From assembly GCA_048882505.1 (NCBI GenBank), contig JBHLRO010000028.1, forward strand, positions 1 to 32,000: a stretch of 32,000 bases of DNA, in the 5' to 3' direction. Below are positions 8,130 to 17,530 of this stretch, in pieces (the first letter of the stretch is position 1; every line of letters begins with the position of its first letter). Source of the DNA: Candidatus Thorarchaeota archaeon. Lineage in GTDB: Archaea > Asgardarchaeota > Heimdallarchaeia > Hodarchaeales > Hodarchaeaceae. Both the position numbers and the translations under genes were made by a program. The notes beneath the pieces are model-generated. The model had not been told where the DNA came from and made no database searches. It saw nothing but the letters and a program-made list of their open reading frames with translations.

Positions 8130-8543
8130 TTAGAATAGCCATAGAAGAATTCCGGAATAAAGAAGGTGTGAAAAGAAGCTCGTAAGAAGCTGTCCTCTTT
8201 GTTGGAGGATATTCTCTCCAGTAATGGGTTTATGAATTAGAAGGAGTCCAATCCATAACATTAGGGCATAAACAAGTGCAAGCAAAGGAGTCATTGTAAT
8301 TTCAAATACCCACAGAACTATACCTAAGGCGGTTGCCCCTAACACTCCATGAAGATAATGTAAAGGAGTTGCTTTCCAATATAATTCTTCCCAAGAGTAG
8401 CTCGGAAATATTTTAGTCAGCAAATGGGCATTTTCATAGAATTCGGGGACAATTCTTTTGTCATAACGCCAGATTAACACCAGCTGTGGGATTGTCATGC
8501 TCGTAGTAGCTAGGATACCAATAATAACCCATCTGATTATCAA
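8130..8543 (-). CDS. 4-TM membrane protein with conserved His (DUF6789-like), paralogue 2
   Basis: GILATTSM, LHYLHGVLG, YALMLW, HKPITGEN, SHLLYSGILL; same motif order as the 7666-8112 product. Confidence 0.7.
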   Translation of the reverse strand: MIIRWVIIGILATTSMTIPQLVLIWRYDKRIVPEFYENAHLLTKIFPSYSWEELYWKATPLHYLHGVLGATALGIVLWVFEITMTPLLALVYALMLWIGLLLIHKPITGENILQQRGQLLTSFFSHLLYSGILLWLF

Positions 8544-8602
8544 TTGTAGTTTACTCTCCTTATAGAAAAAAAAATCCGAAATAATTCTCTGGAGAACCCA
8601 TT

Positions 8603-9037
8603 ATGATTCCATCCTCATCCAAAATGATTTATAAGACTCCTTATTTTTGGCCTCGCTTTTGGCTTCTGCTGGCTGGCCTCCATCCAATAGTTGTTGGAAT
8701 TTTATTATTGCTTCGGGATCTGTTTTTCTCGTGGCCATTGATCAACCTACAAATACCCAGTCCACGATTATATGGTGATGTATCAGCGGCCTTCTTAATT
8801 TCCATAGGTGTGTGGCTCATTTTTACAGCCTATAAATACCCCGATCCTGGTGCAGTGCATCTTTGGATCATTCCTGCTGGTTCAGCTTTAGGCCGGGTAG
8901 TTTACTTTTCATTTACAGTTGTTGGGCTTTTTAATAGAACTAACGAGTTCATTTACTTTCTTTTAGGTCTCTCAGACGTCCTTTTTGCTATCATTTTGCT
9001 CTGGGTCACCTATATAATGCGTAAGACCTTGAAATAA
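8603..9037 (+). CDS. hypothetical 4-TM membrane protein
   Basis: 144 aa, four hydrophobic helices, GRVVY and SDVLFA segments; no confident family. Confidence 0.6.
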   Translation: MIPSSSKMIYKTPYFWPRFWLLLAGLHPIVVGILLLLRDLFFSWPLINLQIPSPRLYGDVSAAFLISIGVWLIFTAYKYPDPGAVHLWIIPAGSALGRVVYFSFTVVGLFNRTNEFIYFLLGLSDVLFAIILLWVTYIMRKTLK

Positions 9038-9076
9038 ATTCTTGATGATACCGAGATCACCGATATAAATCGCTAC

Positions 9077-10066
9077 TTACCTTAAATGGTTGCCAGTTTG
9101 ATTTTCAGCATCGTCAGTATGGCAAATCTCCATGATGGTTCGACCAATGAGAGGAATAAATTGCCATCTATAAGGTGTCTTGCGAAAAGGAAAATTCTGA
9201 ATTGTGGTAGGATATTTTTGATACATTCGAAAAGCCACAAATGCTAGGTACGGTCCAAAGATGAGGCCAAACGCTAATGCTGTCAGAAAGTTCCAACCAT
9301 AAGTAAAAGTTGTTCCTCGTAGTGTAAGTGCCTGGGCATACTCTGGCCGACCGTGGGTGGTCGGGTAAGTGAAACCCACCCCAATCTGGGAGGCTCTAAA
9401 CCCTCTGAGCTTTGCAGATGCAAAACTAGTAGCTAGAAGAATTCGATTTCTAATGGCGATGAAGTGAACAGGGGTTGCATGGATTGTTCCAAAGCGATTG
9501 ATTACAGCAATGTAAAGAAAGTGAGCTCGCCGTAAAACGGATTGCTGGCTGGATGTAAGAAGATTCTTAGTTCTGAGTCTTGGAAGGACCGTTATTGGAA
9601 AGAAATTTCTGGGCAAGTTCTTAGGAAGAGGCCGCCATCGATAACTACCAAAACGAATCCCCGACCAGTAACTTGCACGATAAGGATTCAAAGTCACACG
9701 AACTAGCTCCCGACCCGCCCACATTGATTTGAATGCTTTAAAGTGTTTATTTCCCCTGAGGAGGGTGTCAAAAGGATAAGCTTCCCATGATTCAATGGAA
9801 GCGATTAAAAAAAGGCCTTTATTGTCATTGGGATTGGATTTTGTGGATTTATGAGTCACTAGTGTGACAGTTCGGTAGTATGTTTTACTCAAATAAAGAG
9901 TGGAAAGGGTATCCTTTGGAAGCAGGATCTCAAGAGCGGTGGAATGAATTATATGAACGTAGACGGGCGAAAAGACAATTTGCTTTCCAGGATCACGTTG
10001 ACACAGAACAGCTTCGGGGTTACCCCTAAACCAGGTAATCAACTGCTTTGGTATGTGAATTCTCAA
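9077..10066 (-). CDS. pyridoxamine 5'-phosphate oxidase-like split-barrel protein, very basic
   Basis: FLYIAVINRFGTIHATPVHF...ILLATSFASAKLR matches the PNPOx-like barrel pattern. Only long ORF in the interval; TTG start. Confidence 0.55.
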   Translation of the reverse strand: MRIHIPKQLITWFRGNPEAVLCQRDPGKQIVFSPVYVHIIHSTALEILLPKDTLSTLYLSKTYYRTVTLVTHKSTKSNPNDNKGLFLIASIESWEAYPFDTLLRGNKHFKAFKSMWAGRELVRVTLNPYRASYWSGIRFGSYRWRPLPKNLPRNFFPITVLPRLRTKNLLTSSQQSVLRRAHFLYIAVINRFGTIHATPVHFIAIRNRILLATSFASAKLRGFRASQIGVGFTYPTTHGRPEYAQALTLRGTTFTYGWNFLTALAFGLIFGPYLAFVAFRMYQKYPTTIQNFPFRKTPYRWQFIPLIGRTIMEICHTDDAENQTGNHLR

Positions 10067-10236
10067 CTTAAAAAGCCTATATAAGCGAAGAAAACACCTG
10101 TTTTATAAGAATCAAGATGCTTAGTCAGGTTCTCCCAATAACGATACTATTTAGAAACTTAAAATGTCTACATTCGCTTTGCTGATTTAGGTACTTTTAC
10201 GGTAGAACCAGCAGATATAAGATTAAGAGAACCAAC

Positions 10237-11121
10237 TTGCTAGAATGGGATTTAACTGTGAAGAATTTTGTTGTAGATATTCTAGATGAAGATACTTTTC
10301 ACCTAGCCCTGCCTCCATTCATCAAAGCCATGGGTTTTGCAGAATACTATGGAGACGAGCAAGAAATAGAAGAATGGATAGCAAACAGCATTAGGATGTT
10401 TTATAAGAAAGGACGTTTTCATTGTGTGGGAGTGCGAGAGAGTCAAGGTGGAAACTCTGCCAATTATGTAGGGTTTTCCTCATTGATTCCAGTAGAGACG
10501 ACAGGGTGGATTCCATATGTAGGGGTAGATTCCAATTTTCAGGGTAGGGGATTAGGAAGAAAACTAATGCTGAAGGTATTGGAAATAGCTCGAGAAATTC
10601 CATTAGAAACAATTGAACTCTGTTCATCCCAAGCGGGAATTCCGTTTTACCAGTCTCTAGATTTCAAGGCAAACTATCCGATCTGTGGATATGATATTGT
10701 AGAACCAAGGAAGAACTCCAAGCAGGAGTTGCAGATTGACACGACAATGCCTGATTGGATTCTTAAAAAGGACAGAGAGGTGGTAGGTATTGACCGCCAG
10801 AAATTATTTCAGATCCATAGATACGACCAGGTGCCAATTATCAATGATCCAGGCCATGGTTATGGTTTTTTATACAAAACAAGAATCGGCCCCATCATAG
10901 CGGATTCTCTAAGCTTGGCTCAGGAGATCCTTCTGAAAGCCATTGAATTGGGAGCCACATCGTTAATTTTGGTTGAAGACGCTCCCCTGAAAAAACAATT
11001 AAAAGACGTCGCGACCTTAAAACCTCAGCCATTGTTAGATAATTTAAAAATGACCTTTGGAACCCCACTTCAACAAGATTTATCACGGTTATATGGTCTC
11101 AGAAGTGTAGCATACGGATGA
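10237..11121 (+). CDS. GNAT family N-acetyltransferase with C-terminal accessory domain (YitH-like)
   Basis: VGVDSNFQGRGLGRKLM acetyl-CoA motif A, GIPFYQSLDF, C-terminal DREVVGIDRQKL and RIGPIIAD. Confidence 0.85.
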   Translation: MLEWDLTVKNFVVDILDEDTFHLALPPFIKAMGFAEYYGDEQEIEEWIANSIRMFYKKGRFHCVGVRESQGGNSANYVGFSSLIPVETTGWIPYVGVDSNFQGRGLGRKLMLKVLEIAREIPLETIELCSSQAGIPFYQSLDFKANYPICGYDIVEPRKNSKQELQIDTTMPDWILKKDREVVGIDRQKLFQIHRYDQVPIINDPGHGYGFLYKTRIGPIIADSLSLAQEILLKAIELGATSLILVEDAPLKKQLKDVATLKPQPLLDNLKMTFGTPLQQDLSRLYGLRSVAYG

Positions 11122-11414
11122 CTCCCAGGAAAACGACACTCATACAATAATAAATACGATTGGCGAAAATGAGATCAATCCAGAGTGTGGCACCCCTCTT
11201 TTAACCACAATACTGGTATTATCAATGATTCGATTCTGTAAATGTTGCACCGAGTCTTTTGAGATGGCCCCAGCTGAAGGGCCTTTCTTTTCTCGCGCAC
11301 GTACCTTTCTGCATCTGTCCACCTAGGTTTTACTATTGAAATAGTAAATAAATACATATACAGGAAGGATTGACAATTTATAGAAGCAAAAAAAGGATAA
11401 ACGAGTAGGAAATC

Positions 11415-12140
11415 ATGCAAAGTGAAAAAGATAGGTCATTTCTAAAATATGAGATAACCGGCGGGCCAGCATTTTCGATAGTCAGAATTTTCCTCGAACA
11501 ACCTGGTCAACAAGTGCGCGCGGAAGGGGGTGCGATGGTTTATATGGACGGCCATATCCAGATGGAAACAAAATCAGCAGGGGGAGTTATGAGAGGATTG
11601 AAACGCAAGTTTTCAGGAGAATCCATGTTTCAAAACTTCTTCTCACTTCCTGATGGAGTTCCTCCTGGGATGGTGGCATTTGCTCACGGAGCACCAGGTG
11701 ATATTATTCATCTCCATCTAGAAAAAGGTGAAGAATGGGTACTCAGCCAGGATGCGTATATTTGTGGAACTCCCAGTATTGAGGTAACTTCGAGATGGGG
11801 AGGCGCAAAAGGTTTGTTTGGGGGAGAAGGTCTCGTATTGACCAAGATAATGGCAGAGGCTGAAGGTGATGTTTGGATAGGGGGGTATGGCTTTGTAGAA
11901 CGTCACGATCTAGAATCCAACCAAGAGTTCGTAGTAGATAATGGAGTTTTGATGGCAGTACCGGCCGATATGCACGATAATGCAAGAATCTCTAAAGTTG
12001 GGGGTACTAAAAGCTTGGTATTAGGAGGAGAAGGAATTGTTATACGATACACGGGTCCAGGTGTTGTTTACACCCAAAATCGTGAGATAGGCCTGTTGGC
12101 CGCACTTCTAAAACCCTACCTACCAGTACCTAGGGGATGA
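11415..12140 (+). CDS. AIM24 family protein (TIGR00266-like)
   Basis: VRAEGGAMVYMD, KRKFSGESMFQN, DAYIC, GLFGGEGLVL, FVVDNG, GGEGIVIRYTGPGVVYTQNR. Confidence 0.9.
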   Translation: MQSEKDRSFLKYEITGGPAFSIVRIFLEQPGQQVRAEGGAMVYMDGHIQMETKSAGGVMRGLKRKFSGESMFQNFFSLPDGVPPGMVAFAHGAPGDIIHLHLEKGEEWVLSQDAYICGTPSIEVTSRWGGAKGLFGGEGLVLTKIMAEAEGDVWIGGYGFVERHDLESNQEFVVDNGVLMAVPADMHDNARISKVGGTKSLVLGGEGIVIRYTGPGVVYTQNREIGLLAALLKPYLPVPRG

Positions 12141-12224
12141 TTTCCCCTTGTTTTACTTTGACCGAATCTTAAAAGATATCAGAAAGGAGATATGACCACA
12201 GGATAAGAGACGGGGAATGAACTT

Positions 12225-13172
12225 ATGAAATTTTGTCCTGCCTGTGGAATGGAAAATTTCGAGGGAAGTGTTTATTGTGGAAACTGTGGTCATAAATTTC
12301 CTGGAGAACAACAGGAAAGTAGTCCTCAGCCGATTCAAACTCCATCTCAATCTTTTCTATCAGTCGATTCGTCAAGGATATCCTATGCCAGACCTTCACC
12401 TTACATTCGACCTCCTCGTATCCAGTATATGAATTTGATAACCCACAGGAACTATCAAAATCTAATTAATGGCAGCACAGCTTTTGCACTCGGACCGATT
12501 ATATCTCTGGTCCTTGGAATAATCTTGGTCGGAGATGAAAGTAGTTTATCTACATTTGTGAATCAATTAGTCGATCTTAGCGCATTAGCTCTGTTTGCAT
12601 TTGGAATTTACTCGATATCTCAATTAGAACCAGTTTCATTAAACAGACAAGTCAAGTATGTACCGCTCTTAATAATACTCCATGCAGGGATTGGATTTAT
12701 CGGGGCTGTAATGACCGAATCCATCCTCACGATTCCCGAGGACGTATCTTTAGAGGGGCTGAGATCGTTTATTTATCAAGGAATATTGATTTCAATACTT
12801 ATGACAGGTTCAGCCTTTATTTTCCTGATAGGAGCCCATAGCTTCACTCAATGGTTTGAAGAATTCATAACCTTCTTGGGAGCTCCCCATAATGCTACGA
12901 CAAGCCGCATCAGGTGGTGTGCCATATGCGAGGTAATGGGGTCATTATTACTCGTGGCAACATATGTGATGTTTCTAAGTGGATTGGAAACCCTCTCACT
13001 ATCGACTATCCAAAATGGCCAAACAGTTTTAGTTTTAGCAACCTTAATTTTCTTTGCAGCAATTATTCTACAAGTAGCAGGGGGATATAAGGTTTTCACA
13101 CAGTTAAATAATATAAAAATGGGGAAGTATGATGGAACCTATCAAGAACATATCATCGAAAAATATAGATAG
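12225..13172 (+). CDS. zinc-ribbon domain membrane protein
   Basis: N-terminal CPACG-x8-CGNCG, Pro/Ser/Gln linker, then about 6 TM helices. Confidence 0.75.
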   Translation: MKFCPACGMENFEGSVYCGNCGHKFPGEQQESSPQPIQTPSQSFLSVDSSRISYARPSPYIRPPRIQYMNLITHRNYQNLINGSTAFALGPIISLVLGIILVGDESSLSTFVNQLVDLSALALFAFGIYSISQLEPVSLNRQVKYVPLLIILHAGIGFIGAVMTESILTIPEDVSLEGLRSFIYQGILISILMTGSAFIFLIGAHSFTQWFEEFITFLGAPHNATTSRIRWCAICEVMGSLLLVATYVMFLSGLETLSLSTIQNGQTVLVLATLIFFAAIILQVAGGYKVFTQLNNIKMGKYDGTYQEHIIEKYR

Positions 13173-13216
13173 GGTTTAATTCTGAGTCATGTTTTGGTAA
13201 AGATTCCTACGTCCTC

Positions 13217-13900
13217 TTATCTTAAATTCGTTCCGCATTTTTCGCAGAACAGCCCATCGGACCGAGTCCCACAGAGTGGACAGATGACCCATCGAGAACT
13301 CTTGGGATATGATGGAGAATCGTCAAATACGAAATCTCCGGGATCTCTCCCTGATACATGCTCGAGGGGATCATCTGAGGGGATAGAACGGTCGCGAGAA
13401 GTGACTGCCCAGATGATGGCCAATATGATACTACTGATAAGGACGCCAGTACTGTAAAACACAAAGGTAAGTTCAGTGATTCCGAACAGACCGGCAATGA
13501 ACGACTGCTGAAGGGTGATTTTCACCGTTCCGATTCTATCAGATTGAAATTCATCATACTGAAGGTAATAGTCCCCCTCTTTCTCAATTCTGACCGAGGT
13601 AAGCATGACCACTGAGAAAGTACTCTCTCCGTCAAATGAGAATGAAATGAAAATAGGAGAAACGGTACCTGACCCATCAATCGAGATGAGAATGATTTCA
13701 CCTGAACTGAATCCATATACGTGATTCTCACCTACGGCATTAATCGAATAATACCCTTCTTTCAGATGGAATGTAGGGCTAATTGAGGATTGACCAATAT
13801 CTAGCACTCCAAAGGTGGTCTGAAAGAGAAATAAGTTTAAGAATCCGAATATCATTCCAAATATACTAATACCAATCAGCAATTTTGGTAACGATCTCAT
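13217..13900 (-). CDS. membrane-anchored protein with C-terminal zinc ribbon
   Basis: N-terminal TM, beta-rich middle, second TM, C-terminal CPLCG-x7-CEKCG. Confidence 0.7.
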   Translation of the reverse strand: MRSLPKLLIGISIFGMIFGFLNLFLFQTTFGVLDIGQSSISPTFHLKEGYYSINAVGENHVYGFSSGEIILISIDGSGTVSPIFISFSFDGESTFSVVMLTSVRIEKEGDYYLQYDEFQSDRIGTVKITLQQSFIAGLFGITELTFVFYSTGVLISSIILAIIWAVTSRDRSIPSDDPLEHVSGRDPGDFVFDDSPSYPKSSRWVICPLCGTRSDGLFCEKCGTNLR

Positions 13901-14010
13901 GTCATCGCCTTTCCAAAGAAGAAAATTGAATTGATAAAGTAGATCAAGTAATAACCTATGAATTTGGCTAATAAGAATTTCGATATCCGACCACTGTAGA
14001 TTGTGAGTAG

Positions 14011-15069
14011 GTGGTAGAAATTAAAGTTACGACATTTGAAGACGTAAAAGACCTTCTAAGGATGAACATTGTTTCAGCAGCCTTAGGAACTGCCTTTGAA
14101 CTGAAGTTATTTGAGATAATCAATAACCACCCCCAAGATGCGCGAAAAATCGCGGAGACCTTTGATATACCACTAGATCGTGTTTACTGGTGGCTCGAAT
14201 TGCTAGTTGGATTAGGGCTTTTAGAACAGGACAGTGGTACTTATTCCATTTCTCCTATCACGCGATCTGCCGTTTTTGAGAGCTACAGCGCAGAAACCTG
14301 GGCGCAATTGGCCCAGTATGCACGAGAAGGGTATCGAATAGGTGATAATCTCGTATTCCACATTTCCCATCCGAAGTCGGTGTGGGCATCTCAGGGATTG
14401 AGTCCACCTGATTGGTTTAAACAAATCCAAAAGGATCCGACGCGTGCACGACGTTTTACATATCTACTTTACGAACTGCATCTTCCGTTGGCAAAAACGC
14501 TGGCCCAAACATTAGAAATGACGGGTGTGAGACAAATGATGGATTTAGGTGGGGGATCAGGGGTCATGTCGTTAATGTTACTAGAACAACATACTAGTCT
14601 CAAAGCAGTAGTCGTAGACATACCAAATGTTTGCGTTGTAGGGAGGGAAATCGCCGATAATACAATCGTAGCGAATCGTATTGAATATAGGGCACTGGAC
14701 TTCATTCATGATGAATTACCAACTGGTTTTGATCTGATACTTCAATGTGATGCGGGAATTCATACTGAAACTTTCTTTCAGAAGTTGTATAACGTGTTGA
14801 ATAAAGGGGGGCAGTTGGTAATTGTTGATTGGTGGAATCGTGGAATTACAGACTCTCAACCCGTACCTGACACTTCTCTCCAACGGAGAATGAAGCAATT
14901 TGAAAGTTCACTACAAGTTCCCAGATTGCCTATTACAACTGGAACAGAGGTGGCGACAAATATTAAAAGCCGTTTATTTCAGGTTGGATTTAGGGATATC
15001 TCATTAGACACACTAGAGGATGAAACTACAATTATTAGGTCTAAAAAACCGAGACAAGGTGTAGAATAG
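14011..15069 (+). CDS. class II O-methyltransferase (dimerisation wHTH + Methyltransf_2; ASMT/CrtF/BchU-like fold)
   Basis: LGTAFELKLFE N-terminal domain, MMDLGGGSG SAM motif, VVVDIP, LDFIHDELPTGFDLI, LNKGGQLVIVD. GTG start. Confidence 0.85.
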   Translation: MVEIKVTTFEDVKDLLRMNIVSAALGTAFELKLFEIINNHPQDARKIAETFDIPLDRVYWWLELLVGLGLLEQDSGTYSISPITRSAVFESYSAETWAQLAQYAREGYRIGDNLVFHISHPKSVWASQGLSPPDWFKQIQKDPTRARRFTYLLYELHLPLAKTLAQTLEMTGVRQMMDLGGGSGVMSLMLLEQHTSLKAVVVDIPNVCVVGREIADNTIVANRIEYRALDFIHDELPTGFDLILQCDAGIHTETFFQKLYNVLNKGGQLVIVDWWNRGITDSQPVPDTSLQRRMKQFESSLQVPRLPITTGTEVATNIKSRLFQVGFRDISLDTLEDETTIIRSKKPRQGVE

Positions 15070-15072
15070 AGC

Positions 15073-15438
15073 ATGGCGGGTATTATCTTCTTAAAAACAC
15101 AAAACCTAGAAAAAATTCGCGATTTCTACACATCAATGATTGAAGCAACTGTGTGGGTCGATCAAAAAGATTGTATCATCTTTAAGCATGATAACTTTCT
15201 GTTTGGATTTTGCGAAGGATTTAGGATAGATAAATACGGGTTGTTAACATTCTTCTATCAAACTATCGAAGAAGTAGATCGAATGTATGACAGACTGCGA
15301 AATATTACGACTACCCAACCAACAAGAAATGAGAGATACCGAATTTACCAATTCTTTGCCAAGGATCCAGAAGGCAGAGACTTAGAATTCCAAAATTTTT
15401 TGCATGAAATCGATTTTAGCTGGGATTTTTATAGCTAA
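15073..15438 (+). CDS. VOC (glyoxalase/bleomycin-resistance) family protein
   Basis: NLEKIRDFY, EEVDRMYDRL, FFAKDPEGRDLEFQ. Confidence 0.85.
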   Translation: MAGIIFLKTQNLEKIRDFYTSMIEATVWVDQKDCIIFKHDNFLFGFCEGFRIDKYGLLTFFYQTIEEVDRMYDRLRNITTTQPTRNERYRIYQFFAKDPEGRDLEFQNFLHEIDFSWDFYS

Positions 15439-15459
15439 AAAATCATAAAACATCACTAT

Positions 15460-15975
15460 TTGATGTTTCAAGGGCCAACAAGGATTTTGACCAGAGTGAA
15501 AGTAATTCAAGAACAATTAAAGAAATATGACGTCGTACAAATAGAAAATTTACTGCGAGGGAGTAAGAATCCTGTAACATTAACGTATCTATCAAAAGCA
15601 AAAAATATTCCTGTTACTGTTCCCATTTGGACTTTTTTTTATGAAAATAAGTTCTACTGTTTTGCAGGAGGTAAATCCAAGAAAGTTCAAGCAATTAGAT
15701 CAGGAAATACTGCTGTTTCCCTTCTAATTATTGATAGAAAGTTTTACCCTCATCCTGAATCCGATTTTATGCCATATCTAGGAATCATGGGAGAAGCTAG
15801 AATCTGCACCTACCTGGATAATCCCAAAACGGCATGGATCCATCAGCAGTTGCTGTTAAAATATGACCCCAATCTTTCTCAAGAATGGATAAGAGTATTA
15901 TACGATAAAGTTGAAGGTAGACCTGAGGAGGATTGGTTGATAGAAATAACTCCCACTGATTACTTCTCGTATTAG
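15460..15975 (+). CDS. pyridoxamine 5'-phosphate oxidase family (PPOX-class flavin/F420-binding) protein
   Basis: PVTVPIWTFFYENKFYCFAGGKSKKVQAIRSGNTAVSLLI, GIMGEARI, LIEITP. Confidence 0.75.
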   Translation: MMFQGPTRILTRVKVIQEQLKKYDVVQIENLLRGSKNPVTLTYLSKAKNIPVTVPIWTFFYENKFYCFAGGKSKKVQAIRSGNTAVSLLIIDRKFYPHPESDFMPYLGIMGEARICTYLDNPKTAWIHQQLLLKYDPNLSQEWIRVLYDKVEGRPEEDWLIEITPTDYFSY

Positions 15976-16032
15976 GAACTCACAAACGCGGTTCCTAGGC
16001 TTTGTTTGTATCTGGCAGGATGATGAAAGGAA

Positions 16033-16743
16033 TCAAGGGATCGATTCATCTAGTTTTACCAACCAATGATGGATGGGAGCCATCTTTTGGCAATGATTAA
16101 AACATTGGTCAACCAGCTCAACTGTTTTGAGTGTAGATACGCTGATCTGCGGAGAAATAACATAAAGACCATTGTATTTCAACAAATCAGCTCGCGGGTG
16201 AGAGGAATCAAATCCTCTTGGAACCCGCTTGTAGTGACTCCCCCCAATTTTATAGTCTCCGGCTTGGTGGACAGAATCAATGGCTTCGACTAATTCGTGT
16301 CCCGTATCATCGGAAACAACTGCTTCACGAAAAGCAGCTAGATGTTGTTTGGAAAAAGCATGCATACCCAGATATAGTCCTGCTCCAGTCATGTCCATGC
16401 CAAAAAAGATACCAGGATGTTGCATTTTCTTGCCCAGGCCTTCCCAGAAAATCACACGAAAACGGGTATTATACGGGGACTTATCCTTACTAAAACGAAT
16501 ATCTCTGTGAACTCGCATAATCGAACCACGTCCATTTGTTTGAGGATCATAGCGAAGACCAGAGGAGATCTTTTTGAGCCGCTCGCCTAAGGTAATTACA
16601 AAACTTTGCCCAGGATCAAGGAGGTACTTTTGATAGTCCGCCTTACGCGCTTGAAACCATTCTCGGCTATTATTTAATTTCAGATCAGCTAAAAACTGCA
16701 ACCCTTCTTCAGGAAACCCATCAAAGGTATTATTACTTGACAA
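16033..16743 (-). CDS. DUF2461 family protein (TIGR02453-like)
   Basis: FLADLKLNNSREWF, RVHRDIRFSKDKSPY, YKRVPRGF, DLLKY; GAGGT RBS before TTG. Confidence 0.9.
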   Translation of the reverse strand: MSSNNTFDGFPEEGLQFLADLKLNNSREWFQARKADYQKYLLDPGQSFVITLGERLKKISSGLRYDPQTNGRGSIMRVHRDIRFSKDKSPYNTRFRVIFWEGLGKKMQHPGIFFGMDMTGAGLYLGMHAFSKQHLAAFREAVVSDDTGHELVEAIDSVHQAGDYKIGGSHYKRVPRGFDSSHPRADLLKYNGLYVISPQISVSTLKTVELVDQCFNHCQKMAPIHHWLVKLDESIP

Positions 16744-17065
16744 TCGAATACCTCAAGATATCGAGTTGGTTTAATCAATAGGTTCCTATTTATATCCGAC
16801 CAACTAAGAGAGAGATCAGTGTAACGCTATATATCTACCCTTTCTTACCAGAATTTAGAGAATTCTGTCCATTATTCGAAAATCCTGGCAAATCTGACAG
16901 AAAAGGCCTTGAAATCCTTATCTAACTAATCATTTAACTAAGGACCAAGGATTAATTCATCTGTGTGAAAAGAACTCGAAAAGGGTTTAGCTACACGGGT
17001 CTTATCGTGGAAAGAAAAAAGCAATTTACGATTACATTCCATTTGGGACTTTCGAAACTGGTTTT

Positions 17066-17260
17066 CTAACGGATTTTTTCGTACTCTCGATACCTGTCAT
17101 AACGCTCCCTTTTCCGATAGTACTTTCCCAGTTTGTGTTTTGTCAGCAGATAGGATATCGATCCAGGATTCATCCCGAACAGGGCTCCTATCAGGGCATG
17201 GAAGGCGCTTCTGGTGACTTCTTTTTCCAATTCTCCCTTTTTCTTCTTCATTGGTTCCAC
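17066..17260 (-). CDS. small basic protein (copy A of the duplication)
   Basis: Intact 64-aa ORF; codon-level similarity to copy B (GELEKE...NPxSxSYLLxKHKL) suggests the frame was under selection. Confidence 0.45.
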   Translation of the reverse strand: MEPMKKKKGELEKEVTRSAFHALIGALFGMNPGSISYLLTKHKLGKYYRKRERYDRYREYEKIR

Positions 17261-17381
17261 TCTCGAGAATTGCTGCGTGAAGAGAACCTCTTCATGTCTG
17301 GCATTATCAATGATATTTCATTTAATTTGAGAGTTTTGAAACTAGTTTTCTAACGGATTTTTTCGTACTTTGGATACCTAA

Positions 17382-17530
17382 TTATCGCTCCTTCTCCCCA
17401 TAGCGCTTTCGCAGCTTATGTTTAGCAAGCAGATAGGATAATGACGCCGGATTCTTGAAAGATAGACCAAAAAACTCTCCGAAGGATGTACTAGCTAGTT
17501 CCTTCTCTAGTTCTCCTTTTTTTTCTTCAT
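17382..17530 (-). pseudogene. frameshifted paralogue (copy B) of 17066-17260
   Basis: ATG at 17530 is thrown out of frame by an A8 run. The main frame reads GELEKELASTSFGEFFGLSFKNPASLSYLLAKHKLRKRYGEKER and stops at TAA 17384-17382 after a 1-nt deletion relative to copy A. Confidence 0.55.

Noticed and set aside
11140-11420. Short minus-strand ORFs (60 and 81 aa) between GNAT and AIM24
   Set aside because: No motif or clear RBS; one overlaps the AIM24 start region; probably spurious.
11415-12140. AIM24 as a eukaryotic signature protein
   Set aside because: The family is widespread in bacteria and archaea, so its presence is not unusual.
14011-15069. O-methyltransferase as a CrtF-like carotenoid methylase of the crt cluster
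   Set aside because: It lies over 6 kb from the cluster, in a separate operon with VOC and PNPOx genes; no hydratase (CrtC/CruF) is present to supply a hydroxylated substrate; the fold is shared by many unrelated enzymes.
17054-17369. 31/32-nt direct repeat as a CRISPR array
   Set aside because: Only two copies, 284 bp apart; similarity extends through the intervening sequence; no cas genes.
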